DNA from: Gammaproteobacteria bacterium
GTDB taxonomy: Bacteria > Pseudomonadota > Gammaproteobacteria > S012-40
Assembly (NCBI GenBank): GCA_015487785.1
Contig: WFPC01000004.1
Coordinates: 18,336-82,335 of the forward strand
Direction of reading: 5' to 3'
DNA length: 64,000 bases
Below are positions 20,253 to 31,382 of this stretch, one piece after another. The position numbers were made by a program, and so were the translations under genes. Within the stretch, counting starts at the first letter, position 1. Each line of letters begins with the position of its first letter. Below the pieces are notes generated by a model. It searched no databases. It saw only the letters and a program-made list of their open reading frames with translations, and was not told the DNA's origin.

Positions 20253-21770
20253 ATGAGTCAGCCCGACGGTGGTGCCGTGGCACTCCAGGAGCAGGCATCT
20301 GCCGCCAGGGACCTGCCCTTCGCCTTTGCCAAGCGTCACCGCATCCTGCTGGATGGGCTGGACGAGCGCCAGGCAAGGGTGCTCGCCGCGCCGGCGGCCC
20401 ACCTGGCCAGTTTCACCGAACTGCGCCGGGCCCTGGGCCGTCCGCTGCAGGTTCTGTGGGTGAGCGATGAGGAATTCGAGCGTCGCCTGCAGCAGAGTTA
20501 TGAAGGCGGTTCCTCCGAGGCCATGCAAATGGCCGACGAGCTGGGGGAGGAGCTGGATCTCAGCAGCGTGGCGCAGGAACTGGCCGAACCCGAAGACCTG
20601 CTGGAGACCCAGGACGACGCGCCCATCATACGTCTGATCAATGCCTTGCTCACCGAGGCCATCAAGGCTGACGCCTCCGACATCCACATCGAACCCTTCG
20701 AGAACCGCCTGGTGGTGCGCATGCGGGTGGACGGCGTGCTGCGGGAGGTGCTGGAACAGAAAAAGGCCGTGACGCCGCTGATCGTATCCCGCATCAAGGT
20801 CATGGCCAAGCTCGATATCGCCGAGAAGCGCCTGCCCCAAGACGGTCGCATTTCCCTGCGGGTGGCCGGGCGGGCGGTGGACGTGCGGGTATCCACCCTG
20901 CCTTCCGGGCATGGCGAGCGGGTGGTGCTGCGCCTGCTGGACAAACAGGCCGGACGGCTGGATCTGGAACAACTGGGCATGGATGCACCGGAGCTGGGCG
21001 CCATGACCCGGCTGATCCAAAAACCCCACGGCATCATCCTGGTCACTGGTCCCACCGGCTCGGGCAAGACCACCACACTCTACGCCGTGCTCAGCCGGCT
21101 CAACGACAAGCGGCGCAATATCATGACGGTGGAAGATCCCATCGAATACTATCTCGACGGCATCGGTCAGACCCAGGTCAACCCCAAGGTGGACATGAGC
21201 TTCGCTCGTGGCCTGCGTGCCATCCTGCGCCAGGATCCCGACGTGGTGATGGTGGGGGAGATCCGCGACCTGGAAACCGCCGAGATCGCGGTGCAGGCCT
21301 CGCTCACCGGTCACCTGGTGTTGTCTACCCTGCACACCAATACCGCGGTGGGCGCGGTGACCCGCCTGCGCGACATGGGGGTGGAACCGTTCCTGCTCTC
21401 CTCCAGCCTGCTCGGGGTGGTGGCCCAGCGCCTGGTGCGCCTGCTGTGTCCCCATTGCAAGAGTCCGCAGCCGGCCAGTGCCGCCGACTGCGCCTTGCTG
21501 GGGGTGTCGCCGGCAAACCCGCCCACCCTGTATGTGCCGGTGGGCTGTGCCGAGTGCAACCAGCTTGGCTATCGCGGGCGTACCGGTATCTACGAGGTGA
21601 TCGAGGTAGATGCCGAGATGCGCGAGATGATCCACGAACAGGCCGGCGAACAACAGCTTGAGATCCAGGCCCGCAAACATTCCCGCGGCATTCGCCAGGA
21701 CGGCATGCGCCGGGTTTTGGCCGGTGACACCTCGCTGGAGGAAGTGCTGCGGGTGACCCGGGAAGACTGA
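20253..21770 (+). CDS. gspE: Type II secretion ATPase
   Basis: [33 protein letters not shown], tetra-Cys motif. Confidence 0.96.
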   Translation: MSQPDGGAVALQEQASAARDLPFAFAKRHRILLDGLDERQARVLAAPAAHLASFTELRRALGRPLQVLWVSDEEFERRLQQSYEGGSSEAMQMADELGEELDLSSVAQELAEPEDLLETQDDAPIIRLINALLTEAIKADASDIHIEPFENRLVVRMRVDGVLREVLEQKKAVTPLIVSRIKVMAKLDIAEKRLPQDGRISLRVAGRAVDVRVSTLPSGHGERVVLRLLDKQAGRLDLEQLGMDAPELGAMTRLIQKPHGIILVTGPTGSGKTTTLYAVLSRLNDKRRNIMTVEDPIEYYLDGIGQTQVNPKVDMSFARGLRAILRQDPDVVMVGEIRDLETAEIAVQASLTGHLVLSTLHTNTAVGAVTRLRDMGVEPFLLSSSLLGVVAQRLVRLLCPHCKSPQPASAADCALLGVSPANPPTLYVPVGCAECNQLGYRGRTGIYEVIEVDAEMREMIHEQAGEQQLEIQARKHSRGIRQDGMRRVLAGDTSLEEVLRVTRED

Positions 21771-21772
21771 GC

Positions 21773-22987
21773 ATGGGCGCCTTCGAATACACCGCGCTCG
21801 ATGCTCGCGGCAAGGAAACCAAGGGTGTGCTGGAGGGCGACACCCCGCGCCAGGTCCGCGCCATGCTGCGCGAGCGGGGCTGGGTGCCGCTGACGGTGGA
21901 AGAAGTACGTCAGCGCGAACAGCGCAAGCAGCGCCGTTTCGTCCTGTTCCAGCGCATCGGGGCCACCGACCTGGCCCTGATCACCCGCCAGCTCGCCACC
22001 CTGGTAGGCTCGGGCCTGCCGGTGGAAGAGGCCCTGCGGGCGGTGTCCCAGCAAACCGAAAAGCCGCGCCTCAAGAGCATGATCATGGGTGTGCGCTCGC
22101 GGGTGCTGGAAGGGCATTCCCTGGCCACTGCCCTGGCCGACTATCCCCATGTGTTCTCCGAACTCTACCGCAGCACGGTGGAGGCCGGCGAGCAGTCAGG
22201 CTACATCAACGTGGTGCTTGAGCGTCTGGCCGATTACACCGAAAGCCGGCAACAACTCCAGCACAAACTGATGCTGGCCCTGCTCTATCCCGTGCTGGTC
22301 TCACTGGTGGCCATTGCCGTGGTCCTGTTGCTGCTGGCCTATGTGGTGCCCCAGGTGGTGCAGATGTTCGAACACACCGGTCAGCAACTGCCGCTGCTCA
22401 CCCGGCTGCTGATCGGGGTGAGCGACTTCGTGGCCGCCTATGGCCTGATCATGGGGCTGGCACTGGCCTTGCTCGGCCTGGGCTTCGCTTATCTCATGCG
22501 CTATCCGGGTTTTCGGCGGCGTTTCCATGCCCTGTTGCTGAAACTGCCCCTGATCGCCAAACTGGTGCGAGGTATGAACACCGCCCGCTTCGCGCGCACC
22601 TTCAGCATTCTCACCGCCAGTGGGGTACCGGTGCTGGAAGCCATGCGCATCTCCGCCCAGGTGATGGTCAACCTGCCCATGCGTGAAGCGGTGGAGGAAG
22701 CCGCCATGCGGGTGCGCGAGGGGGCCAGCATCCATGAGGCCCTGGCCGCCAGTGGCTATTTTCCGCCCATGACCGTGCAACTCATCGGCAGCGGCGAGGC
22801 CAGCGGCGACCTCGAAACCATGCTGGATCGCGCCGCCGACAACCAGGAGCGCGAGATGGAAACCTTTCTCTCCGCCGCCATGGGCCTGTTCGAGCCGGTG
22901 ATGATCCTGTTCATGGGCGGTGCCGTGCTGGTGATCGTGCTGGCCATCATGCTTCCCATACTGGACATGAACAGCCTGATTCGCTGA
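21773..22987 (+). CDS. gspF: Type II secretion inner-membrane platform protein
   Basis: TRQLATLVGSGLP, AGEQSG, LYP, GEASGDL, FEP. Confidence 0.95.
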   Translation: MGAFEYTALDARGKETKGVLEGDTPRQVRAMLRERGWVPLTVEEVRQREQRKQRRFVLFQRIGATDLALITRQLATLVGSGLPVEEALRAVSQQTEKPRLKSMIMGVRSRVLEGHSLATALADYPHVFSELYRSTVEAGEQSGYINVVLERLADYTESRQQLQHKLMLALLYPVLVSLVAIAVVLLLLAYVVPQVVQMFEHTGQQLPLLTRLLIGVSDFVAAYGLIMGLALALLGLGFAYLMRYPGFRRRFHALLLKLPLIAKLVRGMNTARFARTFSILTASGVPVLEAMRISAQVMVNLPMREAVEEAAMRVREGASIHEALAASGYFPPMTVQLIGSGEASGDLETMLDRAADNQEREMETFLSAAMGLFEPVMILFMGGAVLVIVLAIMLPILDMNSLIR

Positions 22988-23019
22988 ACGCCGATCTTGC
23001 CGGTGCTCGCGCACATTCC

Positions 23020-23046
23020 TTAAGAATCTCCTGCAAGCCACGATAA
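23020..23046 (+). promoter_or_regulatory. sigma28-like promoter for the MCP gene
   Basis: TTAAG-N14-CACGATAA between gspF stop and MCP start. Confidence 0.55.
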
Positions 23047-23169
23047 CACTCAATGTAGCTAATACGAAATGATTAGCGGCATATCCCGGCCGGCAAGATG
23101 GCGTCGCCGCGGCCAGGATGGAAAGGATGCCCGCCGAATGCACGGTGCTGTCTGTTGGGAGAAACGATC

Positions 23170-24771
23170 ATGATGAGAATGATGAAAATAAAAATGCCTT
23201 CCTTTTCCTTTCGTGGCAAGATCCTGCTGCTACTGGGCCTGGTCCAGCTTGGCCTGTTGGCGGCGGTGATGAGCGCGGCCTTCCTGTTCTATTATGAAGA
23301 GGAAACCGAGCATGTCAGCACGCGCCTGCAGGGCTTGGCCTCCACCCTGGCCGATGCCAGCGCCGGCGATGTGGCGCGGCGAGACTTGCCTTCCTTGCAC
23401 GCGGCCGCGCAGACCGTGCTCAAGCACAACCAGTTGGCCTATGTGCGTATCCTGGGGCGTGATGGCGCGGTGCTGGTTGCCGCCGGCGCGTCCCGCTCCG
23501 GTGTGGTCGACAGCGACTTCGATGCCGCTCTCGCCAGCGATGGCGTGTTCGACGTGGCAGCGCCGGTGTTCCACGCAGGAAAAAACCTGGGCCGGGTGGA
23601 GTTGGGGCAAGACCTGGGCGAGATCGCCGAGGAGTTGGATGGCCTGGCCTGGAGCGCGCTGCTCATGGGCGGCGGCGTGTTGCTGATCACCCTGGCTTTG
23701 CTGTATGTGAGCCTGTATTACCTCACCCGGCCGCTGGAACAATTGCGCAAGGCGTTTTACCGCCTGGTACAGGGCGAAGCCAGTTTCTCCACCCGGCTCA
23801 ATATCGAGGGTGAGCACGAATTTGCCCAGATCGGCGCCTTCTTCGACCTGTTCATGGCTGAGCTGGAGGAAATGGTGAACAAGATCATGAGCCTGGCCTC
23901 GGGTTTGTCCGAAGCCAGTCACCGGGCGCAGGACATCACCAGCAATACCAGTGCGGCGGTGGAGCAACAGGCCCAGGCCATCGCCAGTTTCACCCACAGC
24001 ATCGAGCAAATGGCCCAGGCCAGCGAGCAGGTTAGCACTCAGGTGGAGGCCACCAAGGAAAATGCCCAGCAAGCCCAGCAGCGGGCGCGCTGTGGTCTGG
24101 AAGTGGTTTCCACGGCGCGCAACGAGATGCGGCAGTTGGTGGAGAGCATGGAAGGGCTCAATACCACCGTCACCCGCCTGGCCAGTCGCCATGCCGATAT
24201 CCAGGCGGCTCTGGACATGATCGAAACCATTGCCGAGCAGACCAACCTGCTGGCGCTCAATGCCGCCATCGAGGCGGCCCGCGCCGGTGAGCACGGACGT
24301 GGCTTTGCGGTGGTGGCCGACGAGGTACGCAGCCTGTCACAGCGTACCACCCAGTCCACCGCCGAGATCGAAAAACTCATTGGTGCCATCCGCAGCGACA
24401 GTGAACAGGCAGTGGCGACCATGCAGGCCAACATGGAGCGGGCAAGACACAATATGGCCCAGGTGGACGATGCCGGCGCCAGTTTCGAGCGCATCGCCAG
24501 CGCGCTGGACGAGATCCAGCACGAGAGCCGGGAGAGCGCCGAGTTGGCGGCACAGCAACAGAATTTGGCGCGCGACATCCATCAGCAGATCAACCAGATC
24601 AACCACAACATCGCCGAGCTGGTGGCCATCGCCAAGCAGAATATCTCCGACAACAGCGACCTGGCTCAGTTCTCGGTGCAACTCGCCGCCGTGGTTGGAC
24701 AGAGCATGGAGCAGGAACTGACTGCCGGCAGCGACATGGCAGCGCTGGAAACCGACGTGGAGTTGTTTTGA
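23170..24771 (+). CDS. Methyl-accepting chemotaxis protein
   Basis: 2 TM + periplasmic sensor + HAMP; [34 protein letters not shown]; ends DVELF. Confidence 0.93.
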   Translation: MMRMMKIKMPSFSFRGKILLLLGLVQLGLLAAVMSAAFLFYYEEETEHVSTRLQGLASTLADASAGDVARRDLPSLHAAAQTVLKHNQLAYVRILGRDGAVLVAAGASRSGVVDSDFDAALASDGVFDVAAPVFHAGKNLGRVELGQDLGEIAEELDGLAWSALLMGGGVLLITLALLYVSLYYLTRPLEQLRKAFYRLVQGEASFSTRLNIEGEHEFAQIGAFFDLFMAELEEMVNKIMSLASGLSEASHRAQDITSNTSAAVEQQAQAIASFTHSIEQMAQASEQVSTQVEATKENAQQAQQRARCGLEVVSTARNEMRQLVESMEGLNTTVTRLASRHADIQAALDMIETIAEQTNLLALNAAIEAARAGEHGRGFAVVADEVRSLSQRTTQSTAEIEKLIGAIRSDSEQAVATMQANMERARHNMAQVDDAGASFERIASALDEIQHESRESAELAAQQQNLARDIHQQINQINHNIAELVAIAKQNISDNSDLAQFSVQLAAVVGQSMEQELTAGSDMAALETDVELF

Positions 24772-24778
24772 ATGTGCC

Positions 24779-25528
24779 TCAGCGGCACACCCCGATGGCG
24801 CCACGGCGGCAGCGTCTGCGATCGGACCAGATGGCGTTGCCCAGTTTGGCGCCGGTGAACACGGCGCCGGAGAGTTCCGCATCGCTCAGGTCGGCTCCTC
24901 GTAAATCGGCGTTGCTGAAATTGGCCTCGGTGAGATCGGCACCCGCCAGCTTGGCTTTGGTGAGGTCGGCACCGCTGAAGTCGGCCTGTTCCAGCAAGGC
25001 CTCCTCGAAGCGGGCCCCGCTCAGCCGGGCGCGGGAAAAGTCGGCCCTGCTTAGATCGGCCTGGTCGAAAACGGCTCGCTGGAGATCGGCCTCGCGGAGG
25101 ATGGCGCCTTGCATCAGGGCGTTGTAGAAAGTGACATTGCTGAGCCGGGCGCCGGACAGATCGGCGGCGGTGAGCCTGGCCCGGTCGAAGCGGGCGCCGC
25201 GCAACCGTCCCCGTACCAGTTGGGCGCCGGACAGATCGGCTCCCACCAGACGCGCCTGCTTGCCCCGCGCGCTACTGAGATCGGCCTGTCTGAGCGAGCT
25301 GAAGCCCAGGTCGGCGTGAGTGATGTCGGCTCCTTGCAGATTGGCACCGTCCAAGCGGGTCTTGATCAGGACGGCCTCACGCAAGGGCGCGCGCTCCAGG
25401 CTCATGCCGGACTTGTCGCAATCGCTCCAGTTGACCCGGTTGGCAGGAGGGTCCTGACAGGCCGCCATCGCGGCACCTGACAACAACATGGCCCAAAACA
25501 CATGCACGAAACGCCTGCCTAGATACAT
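24779..25528 (-). CDS. Exported pentapeptide-repeat protein
   Basis: Signal peptide; ~35 A(D/N/R)(L/F)xx repeats; Cys pairs at both ends. Confidence 0.9.
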   Translation of the reverse strand: MYLGRRFVHVFWAMLLSGAAMAACQDPPANRVNWSDCDKSGMSLERAPLREAVLIKTRLDGANLQGADITHADLGFSSLRQADLSSARGKQARLVGADLSGAQLVRGRLRGARFDRARLTAADLSGARLSNVTFYNALMQGAILREADLQRAVFDQADLSRADFSRARLSGARFEEALLEQADFSGADLTKAKLAGADLTEANFSNADLRGADLSDAELSGAVFTGAKLGNAIWSDRRRCRRGAIGVCR

Positions 25529-25588
25529 CTCAAACGACTCCTTATCGATGCCATGTTGTCAGGCTATTGCAGCACGGGCGGTTTTTTT

Positions 25589-25604
25589 TGGCAACACGAT
25601 TGCG
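25589..25604 (+). promoter_or_regulatory. Possible sigma54 -24/-12 site upstream of gspG
   Basis: TGGCAACACGATTGCG: GG-N10-GC spacing. Confidence 0.35.
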
Positions 25605-25695
25605 GCGTTCTTTGTTATCATGCCGGGGCTACGGAATGGTTCTTGCCTTTCATCGGCAACGGGGGTTCAATCTTCATCTACGGGACACGACACGC

Positions 25696-26145
25696 ATGAT
25701 CGCAATACAACCGAGACGCGCCCACGCCGGTTTCACCCTGATCGAGGTCATGGTGGTCATCGTCATTCTCGGCATCCTCGCCGCCATCGTGGTGCCACGG
25801 GTGATGGACCGACCAGACACCGCACGCATCACCAAGGCCAAGCAGGACATTCGTACCCTGGAAAGCGCGCTCAATCTCTACAAACTGGACAATTTCAGCT
25901 ATCCCAGCACCGACCAGGGGCTGGAAGCCCTGGTGCGCAAACCCTCGGGCACGCCGGAACCGCGCAACTGGAAAGAGGGTGGTTATATCGACCGCTTGCC
26001 CAAGGATCCCTGGGGTAACGACTATCAATACCTCAATCCCGGTGTGCACGGCAGCATCGATATCTATAGTCTGGGCGCCGATGGCCAGGAAGGCGGTGAA
26101 GGCATCAATGCCGACATCGGCAACTGGAACCTGAACGAGGGTTGA
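25696..26145 (+). CDS. gspG: Major pseudopilin
   Basis: [40 protein letters not shown]. Confidence 0.96.
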   Translation: MIAIQPRRAHAGFTLIEVMVVIVILGILAAIVVPRVMDRPDTARITKAKQDIRTLESALNLYKLDNFSYPSTDQGLEALVRKPSGTPEPRNWKEGGYIDRLPKDPWGNDYQYLNPGVHGSIDIYSLGADGQEGGEGINADIGNWNLNEG

Positions 26146-26187
26146 TGTTGGTGAGGTCTCCGGGCTAGGGTCCGGACGGGTTTTCCC

Positions 26188-26706
26188 ATGGACAGCAGCG
26201 GGCAGCGCGGTTTCACCCTGCTGGAGTTGCTTGTGGTGATATTGATCATCGGTCTGATCAGCAGCTTCGCCGTGCTGAGCGTGGGCGGGCGGGACGATGC
26301 CCTGCGAGAACAGAGCCGGCGCCTGGTGGCGCTGATTCGTCTGGCCGGCGAAGAGGCCATCATCAATGCCACCGACCTGGCCCTGCGTCTGCGCCGGCAA
26401 GGCTATGCCTTCGCCCAACTGGCACCCGATGGTCGCCTGCAGCCCTTGCAGGACGAAGACGGGGGCAGCCTGCGCCCACGCACCCTGCCCGAGGACATTC
26501 ATATCCGTTCGGCACGCATCAATGGCCTGGAAGCCGACCTGGAGGCTACCGAGGATGCCCAGGGAGGTGCCGTGATCTTGCTGTATGCCAGTGGCGAGAT
26601 GACTCCCTTCGAGATCGAACTGCAAGCTGCCGACGGTGGTCGTTATCGTCTGCGCGGTGAATTCAACGGCGTGGTGAGGGAACCCGAGCGTGTATCGGCG
26701 CGTTGA
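26188..26706 (+). CDS. gspH: Minor pseudopilin H
   Basis: GFTLLELLVV, ASGEMTPF; gene order. Confidence 0.9.
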   Translation: MDSSGQRGFTLLELLVVILIIGLISSFAVLSVGGRDDALREQSRRLVALIRLAGEEAIINATDLALRLRRQGYAFAQLAPDGRLQPLQDEDGGSLRPRTLPEDIHIRSARINGLEADLEATEDAQGGAVILLYASGEMTPFEIELQAADGGRYRLRGEFNGVVREPERVSAR

Positions 26707-27073
26707 CAGGCAGGCGGGCTTCACCCTGATGGAGGTGTTGGTGGCCCTGGCGGTGCTGGCCATCGCCCTGGCGGCGATCATCCAGAGCGTGGCTGCCAGC
26801 AACAACAATACCGCCTACCTGCGCGATCGCACCCTGGCCCACTGGGTGGCCATGAACCGCATCGCCGAGGTGCAGGTTCTGCACCAGTGGCCCGCCCTGG
26901 GTAGTGAGACGGGTAGTGAGGAAATGGCCAATCACGAATGGTTTTGGCGGCTGGATGTGAGCGATGCCGGCATCGAGGGCGTGCGCCGGCTGGAGGTCAG
27001 CGTGCGCCGCGAACGCGACGACCCGCAAGCACTGGCGCATCTCACCGCCCTGGTGGGACGCCCGCAACCATGA
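26690..27073 (+). CDS. gspI: Minor pseudopilin I
   Basis: GFTLMEVLVAL, LRDRTLAHWVAMN. Confidence 0.92.
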   Translation: MYRRVDRQAGFTLMEVLVALAVLAIALAAIIQSVAASNNNTAYLRDRTLAHWVAMNRIAEVQVLHQWPALGSETGSEEMANHEWFWRLDVSDAGIEGVRRLEVSVRRERDDPQALAHLTALVGRPQP

Positions 27074-27717
27074 AGTCGCCACCCAGTCAAGAGGGTTTCA
27101 CCCTGCTGGAGTTGCTGGTGGCGCTGTCCATTTTCGCCATTCTTTCGGCCATGGCCTATGGCGGCTTGCGGGTGGTGCTGGACAGCAAGCAGCGTAACGA
27201 ACAACATGCACAGCGCCTGATCGAGTTGCAGACGGCGCTGAGTTTTCTCCAGCGTGACATCGAGCAGGCGGTGGGGCGCAGCGTGCGCGATGGCTTCGGC
27301 GACGTGCAACCGGCCTGGCGTAGCGGCTTCGGCGCCCGCCTGTTCAGCCTCACCCGGGCCGGCTGGCGCAATGGCCCGGGTCTGCGCCGCAGCAACCTGC
27401 AACGGGTGAGCTATCGTTTCCAGGACGGCCGGCTGGCGCGCCAGTTCTGGCCGGTGCTGGATCGGGCCGACGACACCGAGCCACCGGAGCGGGAATTGCT
27501 GACGGGTATCGAGCAGGTGGAGCTGCGTTATCTCGATGCCCAGGGCCAGTGGCGCGACCAATGGCCGCCGCTGAATCTGGACCGGGCCGACCCGGCCCTG
27601 TTGCCGCGCGCGGTGGAGATCAGCCTCACCCTGGAGGACATGGGCAAGGTGCGCCGGGTGATGCGGGTGGCGCCGGGTGAGGCGGCGGTGGTGCAGACCT
27701 TCGCGGAGGCTTCGTGA
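27070..27717 (+). CDS. gspJ: Minor pseudopilin J
   Basis: GFTLLELLVAL, TRAGWRN, RSNLQRVSY, LPRAVEI. Confidence 0.92.
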   Translation: MKSPPSQEGFTLLELLVALSIFAILSAMAYGGLRVVLDSKQRNEQHAQRLIELQTALSFLQRDIEQAVGRSVRDGFGDVQPAWRSGFGARLFSLTRAGWRNGPGLRRSNLQRVSYRFQDGRLARQFWPVLDRADDTEPPERELLTGIEQVELRYLDAQGQWRDQWPPLNLDRADPALLPRAVEISLTLEDMGKVRRVMRVAPGEAAVVQTFAEAS

Positions 27718-28736
27718 AACGGCCCCCCGCAACACATCGTGGTGTAGCCCTGATCACCGCCATGCTGGTGACCGCGCTGGCTGCCACCACCGCGGTGGCC
27801 TTGAGTTCGCGCCAGCAGCTCGATGTGCGGCGAACCGCCAATGTCATGGCCGCCGACCAGGCTTATCTGTATGGCCTGGGCATCGAGACCGTGGCCATGG
27901 AATTGCTCGGTGCCTACAGTCGCGAATACGATTACGACGATCCCGCGGTGATATATCAGTCCTACACCTTTCCGGTGGACGGTGGCCTGGTGGAAGGTGC
28001 CCTGCAGGACATGAATGCCCGCTTCAACATCAACAACCTGGTCAAGACCGGTGGTGATGGCGAACAGCCGCCCCAGGTCAACAGCGTGCAGCGGGAGCGT
28101 TTTCGCCGTCTACTCGAACGGGTACTCAACCTCCTGGGTGACGATCCGGCGCGGGCGGAAGGCCTCACCAACGCGGTGATCGACTGGTTGGACGGGGATC
28201 AGGATGTCAGTTTCCCCGGTGGGGCCGAGGATGGCGACTACCTGGCCCAGAATCCGCCCTATCGCAGTGCCAACCGCTCCATGAGCAGTGCCAGTGAGTT
28301 GCTGCTGGTGCAGGGTTTCGACCGCACCCTGCTGTATGGCAAGACGGTGGCGGGCGAAACCGTACCGGGTTTGTTAAAGTATGTCACGGCTCTGCCCGAT
28401 GTCAGTGCACCGATCAATGTCAACACCGCCGATGCAGACCTGTTGCTGGCCTTGTCGCCCTATCTCGACGCGGCGCGCCTGGAACAGGTGCTCGCCGGCC
28501 GGCCGTTCGAGGATATCGGCGCTTTTCGCAACCACCAGGCATTCGACGACTTGAAACAACAGGACCGCCAGAAACTGCAGCAGGATCTCCAGGGGCTCAC
28601 CGTTGCCAGCCGCTTCTTTTTGGTCAAGGCCAATGTGCGCGTGGGTCGCAGCCGGTTGCGTTTCAACAGTCTGCTGCAGCGCAACGGCAGCCGCGTGGCC
28701 GTGGTCTCCCGGGCGCAGGGAACCGACGGCCTATGA
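27714..28736 (+). CDS. gspK: Minor pseudopilin K
   Basis: RGVALITAML, RFNINNL, IDWLDGD, GAEDGDY, INVNTA. Confidence 0.92.
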   Translation: MKRPPATHRGVALITAMLVTALAATTAVALSSRQQLDVRRTANVMAADQAYLYGLGIETVAMELLGAYSREYDYDDPAVIYQSYTFPVDGGLVEGALQDMNARFNINNLVKTGGDGEQPPQVNSVQRERFRRLLERVLNLLGDDPARAEGLTNAVIDWLDGDQDVSFPGGAEDGDYLAQNPPYRSANRSMSSASELLLVQGFDRTLLYGKTVAGETVPGLLKYVTALPDVSAPINVNTADADLLLALSPYLDAARLEQVLAGRPFEDIGAFRNHQAFDDLKQQDRQKLQQDLQGLTVASRFFLVKANVRVGRSRLRFNSLLQRNGSRVAVVSRAQGTDGL

Positions 28737-29944
28737 GGCGTGAGCGCATCGTGTTGCGGTTGCCGGCGGATGCCGGGGCGCCGGTGCAGTGGCGCCGTTT
28801 CGACGAAACGGCGTCGGTCATCGTGGGCCAGGGCAGCCTGGAGGAACTGGCCGCGGACATCGGCAATACCCCGGTGCAGGCTCTGATACCCGGTGAGCAG
28901 GTTTTTGTCACCCGGGTGAATATTCCCACCCAGAACCGCCAACGCCTGCGCAAGGCCATCCCCTTTGCCCTGGAAGACCAGTTGCTAGACGAGGTGGAGA
29001 CCCTGCATTTTGCCCTGGGCCAGCGTCGTGGCGACAGTATCGAAGTGGCGGTGGTGGCGCGCCGGCTGCTGGACGGCTGGCTCGAGCGCCTGCGCCAGGC
29101 TGGCCTGGTGGTGGAGCGCCTGTTGCCCGATGTCTACGCGCTGGCGCCGCAGGCCGACTGCTGGGTGGCACTGTGGGAAGATACGCGCCTGTTGCTGCGC
29201 CCGTCGCGCGCGGCGCCGCTGGTGCTGGACAACGACAGCCTTGGCGAGTTGTTGCCCCTGGTGCTGGACGAGGCCGGTGACGACCGACCCGAGCGGATTT
29301 GCCTGTGGGATGCCCGTGATGGTGCCGTGGGCAGTCTTCCGCTGGACGGTGTGGAGCTGAAACGCCGGAGCAGCGAAGGCCTGTTGCAATGCCTGTCCGT
29401 GGAGGGTCTGCCCGCCGATGCTATCGACTTGTTGCAAGGTGACTACAGTCGCCGCGAGCAGCTGGGCAAGTTGTGGCGCCCCTGGCGCCTCACCGCGGTG
29501 CTGGCGCTGGTGGTGTTCGGTCTGCAGGTGGCGGCCACCGCCTACGACAACAGCCGTCTGCGCCAGCAGAGCCAGGCCCTGAGGGCGCAGGTGGAAACGG
29601 TCTACCGGCAGGCTTTTCCCGAGGCCCGCAAGGTGGTCAATCCCCGGGTGCAGATGCAGCGCAAGCTGGACGAACTGCGAGCCGGCGGTGATGGTCAGGG
29701 AATGCTGGAGCTGCTGGCGCGCAGCGGCAAGGTGTTGCGCAACAAGCGTGGCCTGGTGCTGCGCAGTATTCGCTACAAGCAGGGGGAGCTGGATCTCGAG
29801 GTGGAAGTGGCCAGCCTGCAGCAACTGGACGAACTGAAACAGCAACTGACCCGCGAGGCTGGCATGCAAGTGGATATTCAGTCTGCTGCCGCCAAGGGCA
29901 GCAAGGTGCGCGGTCGCCTGCGGCTCAAGGGTGATTCATCGTGA
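28733..29944 (+). CDS. gspL: Type II secretion protein L
   Basis: IPFALEDQL, LLPD, DLLQGDY, single TM, NPRVQMQ. Confidence 0.92.
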   Translation: MRRERIVLRLPADAGAPVQWRRFDETASVIVGQGSLEELAADIGNTPVQALIPGEQVFVTRVNIPTQNRQRLRKAIPFALEDQLLDEVETLHFALGQRRGDSIEVAVVARRLLDGWLERLRQAGLVVERLLPDVYALAPQADCWVALWEDTRLLLRPSRAAPLVLDNDSLGELLPLVLDEAGDDRPERICLWDARDGAVGSLPLDGVELKRRSSEGLLQCLSVEGLPADAIDLLQGDYSRREQLGKLWRPWRLTAVLALVVFGLQVAATAYDNSRLRQQSQALRAQVETVYRQAFPEARKVVNPRVQMQRKLDELRAGGDGQGMLELLARSGKVLRNKRGLVLRSIRYKQGELDLEVEVASLQQLDELKQQLTREAGMQVDIQSAAAKGSKVRGRLRLKGDSS

Positions 29945-30459
29945 AGGCTCTGGTGCAACAGGTACTCAGCTACTGGATGCAGTTGCGTCCGCGGGAGCAG
30001 GCGTTGCTCGGCGTGGCGGGCCTGGTATTGTTGCTGGCCGTGTTGTTCATGCTGGTGTGGGAACCGGTGATGCAGGAGCACCGGCGACTGCAACAGGGCC
30101 TGGTTCAGCAGCAAGAATTGCTGGCCTGGATGCAGCAGTCGGCGGCGGAAGTCAGACGCCTGCAGGCGGGCGCTGGCCAGAGCCGGCAGGCACGGGCGCG
30201 TGGTGGCCAGTCCTTGCTGGCCCTGATCGACAGCACCGCCAAGCGTGCGCGTCTGGGGGCGGCGCTGAAGCGAGTGGAGCCCGATGGCTCGGGGCGGGTG
30301 CGTGTGTGGTTGGAGCAGGCCGCCTTCGACGACCTGGTGCGCTGGCTGGGACAATTGCAGCAGCGCTATGGCGTGCGGGTGGACAGCATTGCCGTCGACC
30401 GGGACGAAAAACCCGGCCGGGTGGCGGCGCGGGTGGTCTTCGCGGGGAGCACTCCATGA
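29941..30459 (+). CDS. gspM: Type II secretion protein M
   Basis: LRPREQ + TM + VWEP, FDDLVRWL. Confidence 0.9.
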   Translation: MKALVQQVLSYWMQLRPREQALLGVAGLVLLLAVLFMLVWEPVMQEHRRLQQGLVQQQELLAWMQQSAAEVRRLQAGAGQSRQARARGGQSLLALIDSTAKRARLGAALKRVEPDGSGRVRVWLEQAAFDDLVRWLGQLQQRYGVRVDSIAVDRDEKPGRVAARVVFAGSTP

Positions 30460-31244
30460 GTCGGGCCGCGCGTCGTTATCTGCTGCTGGGGCTGCTGGCT
30501 TACCTGGTGTTCCTGGCGCAGCAAATGCCGGCCTCGCTGGCGTTGTCCTGGTTGCAATCCCGCTTTGGGGATACGTTTGTCGCCTACGGGGTTTCCGGTA
30601 CCCTCTGGCAGGGGCGGATCCAGCGCCTGGACGTGGCCGGGCGCAGCCTGCGCGATGTCGATTGGCGCTGGCTGCCGGGCGAGGCGCTGCTGGGGCGGAT
30701 CGGCGTGGCCCTGTATGCCCGCGTGGATGATGGCTATGTGCAGGCCGAACTGCTGCGCGGGCTCGACGGCGACCTGTTGTTGCGCGATGTGGACGGACGC
30801 CTGGGCATGCCCAAGTTACTGCGCTTGGTGCGGGTTCCCGGCCTCAAGCTCGGGGGCGAGCTGTTGTTGCATCTCGAGCGCCTGGAGCTGGACGATGACG
30901 GCAGGCCGGTGGCTGCGCGGGGGCGTCTGGCTTGGCTGCAGGCGGTCACTCTGTTTCCTCAACGCCTGTCGCTGGGTGACTTGCAGGCCGTGCTGAGCGA
31001 AACAGACCAGGGGTTGCGCGCCCAGCTCAGCGATGCCGGTGGCCCCCTGGTCTTGGACGGCGAGTTGTTGCTCAGTGATGCCGGTCGCTACACACTCGAA
31101 TTGCAACTGGCCGCCCGCCAGCGCAATACCCCTCTGGCGCGCGCCCTGCGCATGCTGGGGCGGCCCGACGCCAAGGGGAGGGTCAGGCTGAAACAAAGCG
31201 GCAGCCTGGCCGAGCTGGGGTTGGCGCCGCCGGGCGCGGGCTAA
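30456..31244 (+). CDS. gspN: Type II secretion protein N
   Basis: N-terminal TM, PAS, SGTLWQG, DAGGPL; ATG overlaps gspM stop. Confidence 0.85.
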   Translation: MSRAARRYLLLGLLAYLVFLAQQMPASLALSWLQSRFGDTFVAYGVSGTLWQGRIQRLDVAGRSLRDVDWRWLPGEALLGRIGVALYARVDDGYVQAELLRGLDGDLLLRDVDGRLGMPKLLRLVRVPGLKLGGELLLHLERLELDDDGRPVAARGRLAWLQAVTLFPQRLSLGDLQAVLSETDQGLRAQLSDAGGPLVLDGELLLSDAGRYTLELQLAARQRNTPLARALRMLGRPDAKGRVRLKQSGSLAELGLAPPGAG

Positions 31245-31382
31245 TGTCTTGTCGCGGCAGCCCTGTGCAGAGCGGGTCCGGAAAAGCGTTTCCTTCCTTG
31301 AGATATCCGGGCTAGACTATCGCCCGGCGTCGCCGCTCCGTAGGCGCGTCTATGCCCGTCGTTCAACTCTTCAGGAGAAGCT

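Noticed and set aside
24830-25400. 15-bp periodic DNA repeats (e.g. AGATCGGC) as a CRISPR or tandem array
   Set aside because: Explained by pentapeptide-repeat coding; no spacer structure and no cas genes
29931-30455. N-terminal extension of GspN
   Set aside because: Overlaps gspM in another frame; the ATGA-coupled start at 30456 fits better
17326-31244. Absence of prepilin peptidase gspO suggesting a defective T2SS
   Set aside because: PilD encoded elsewhere commonly serves both systems, and all gspC-N frames are intact
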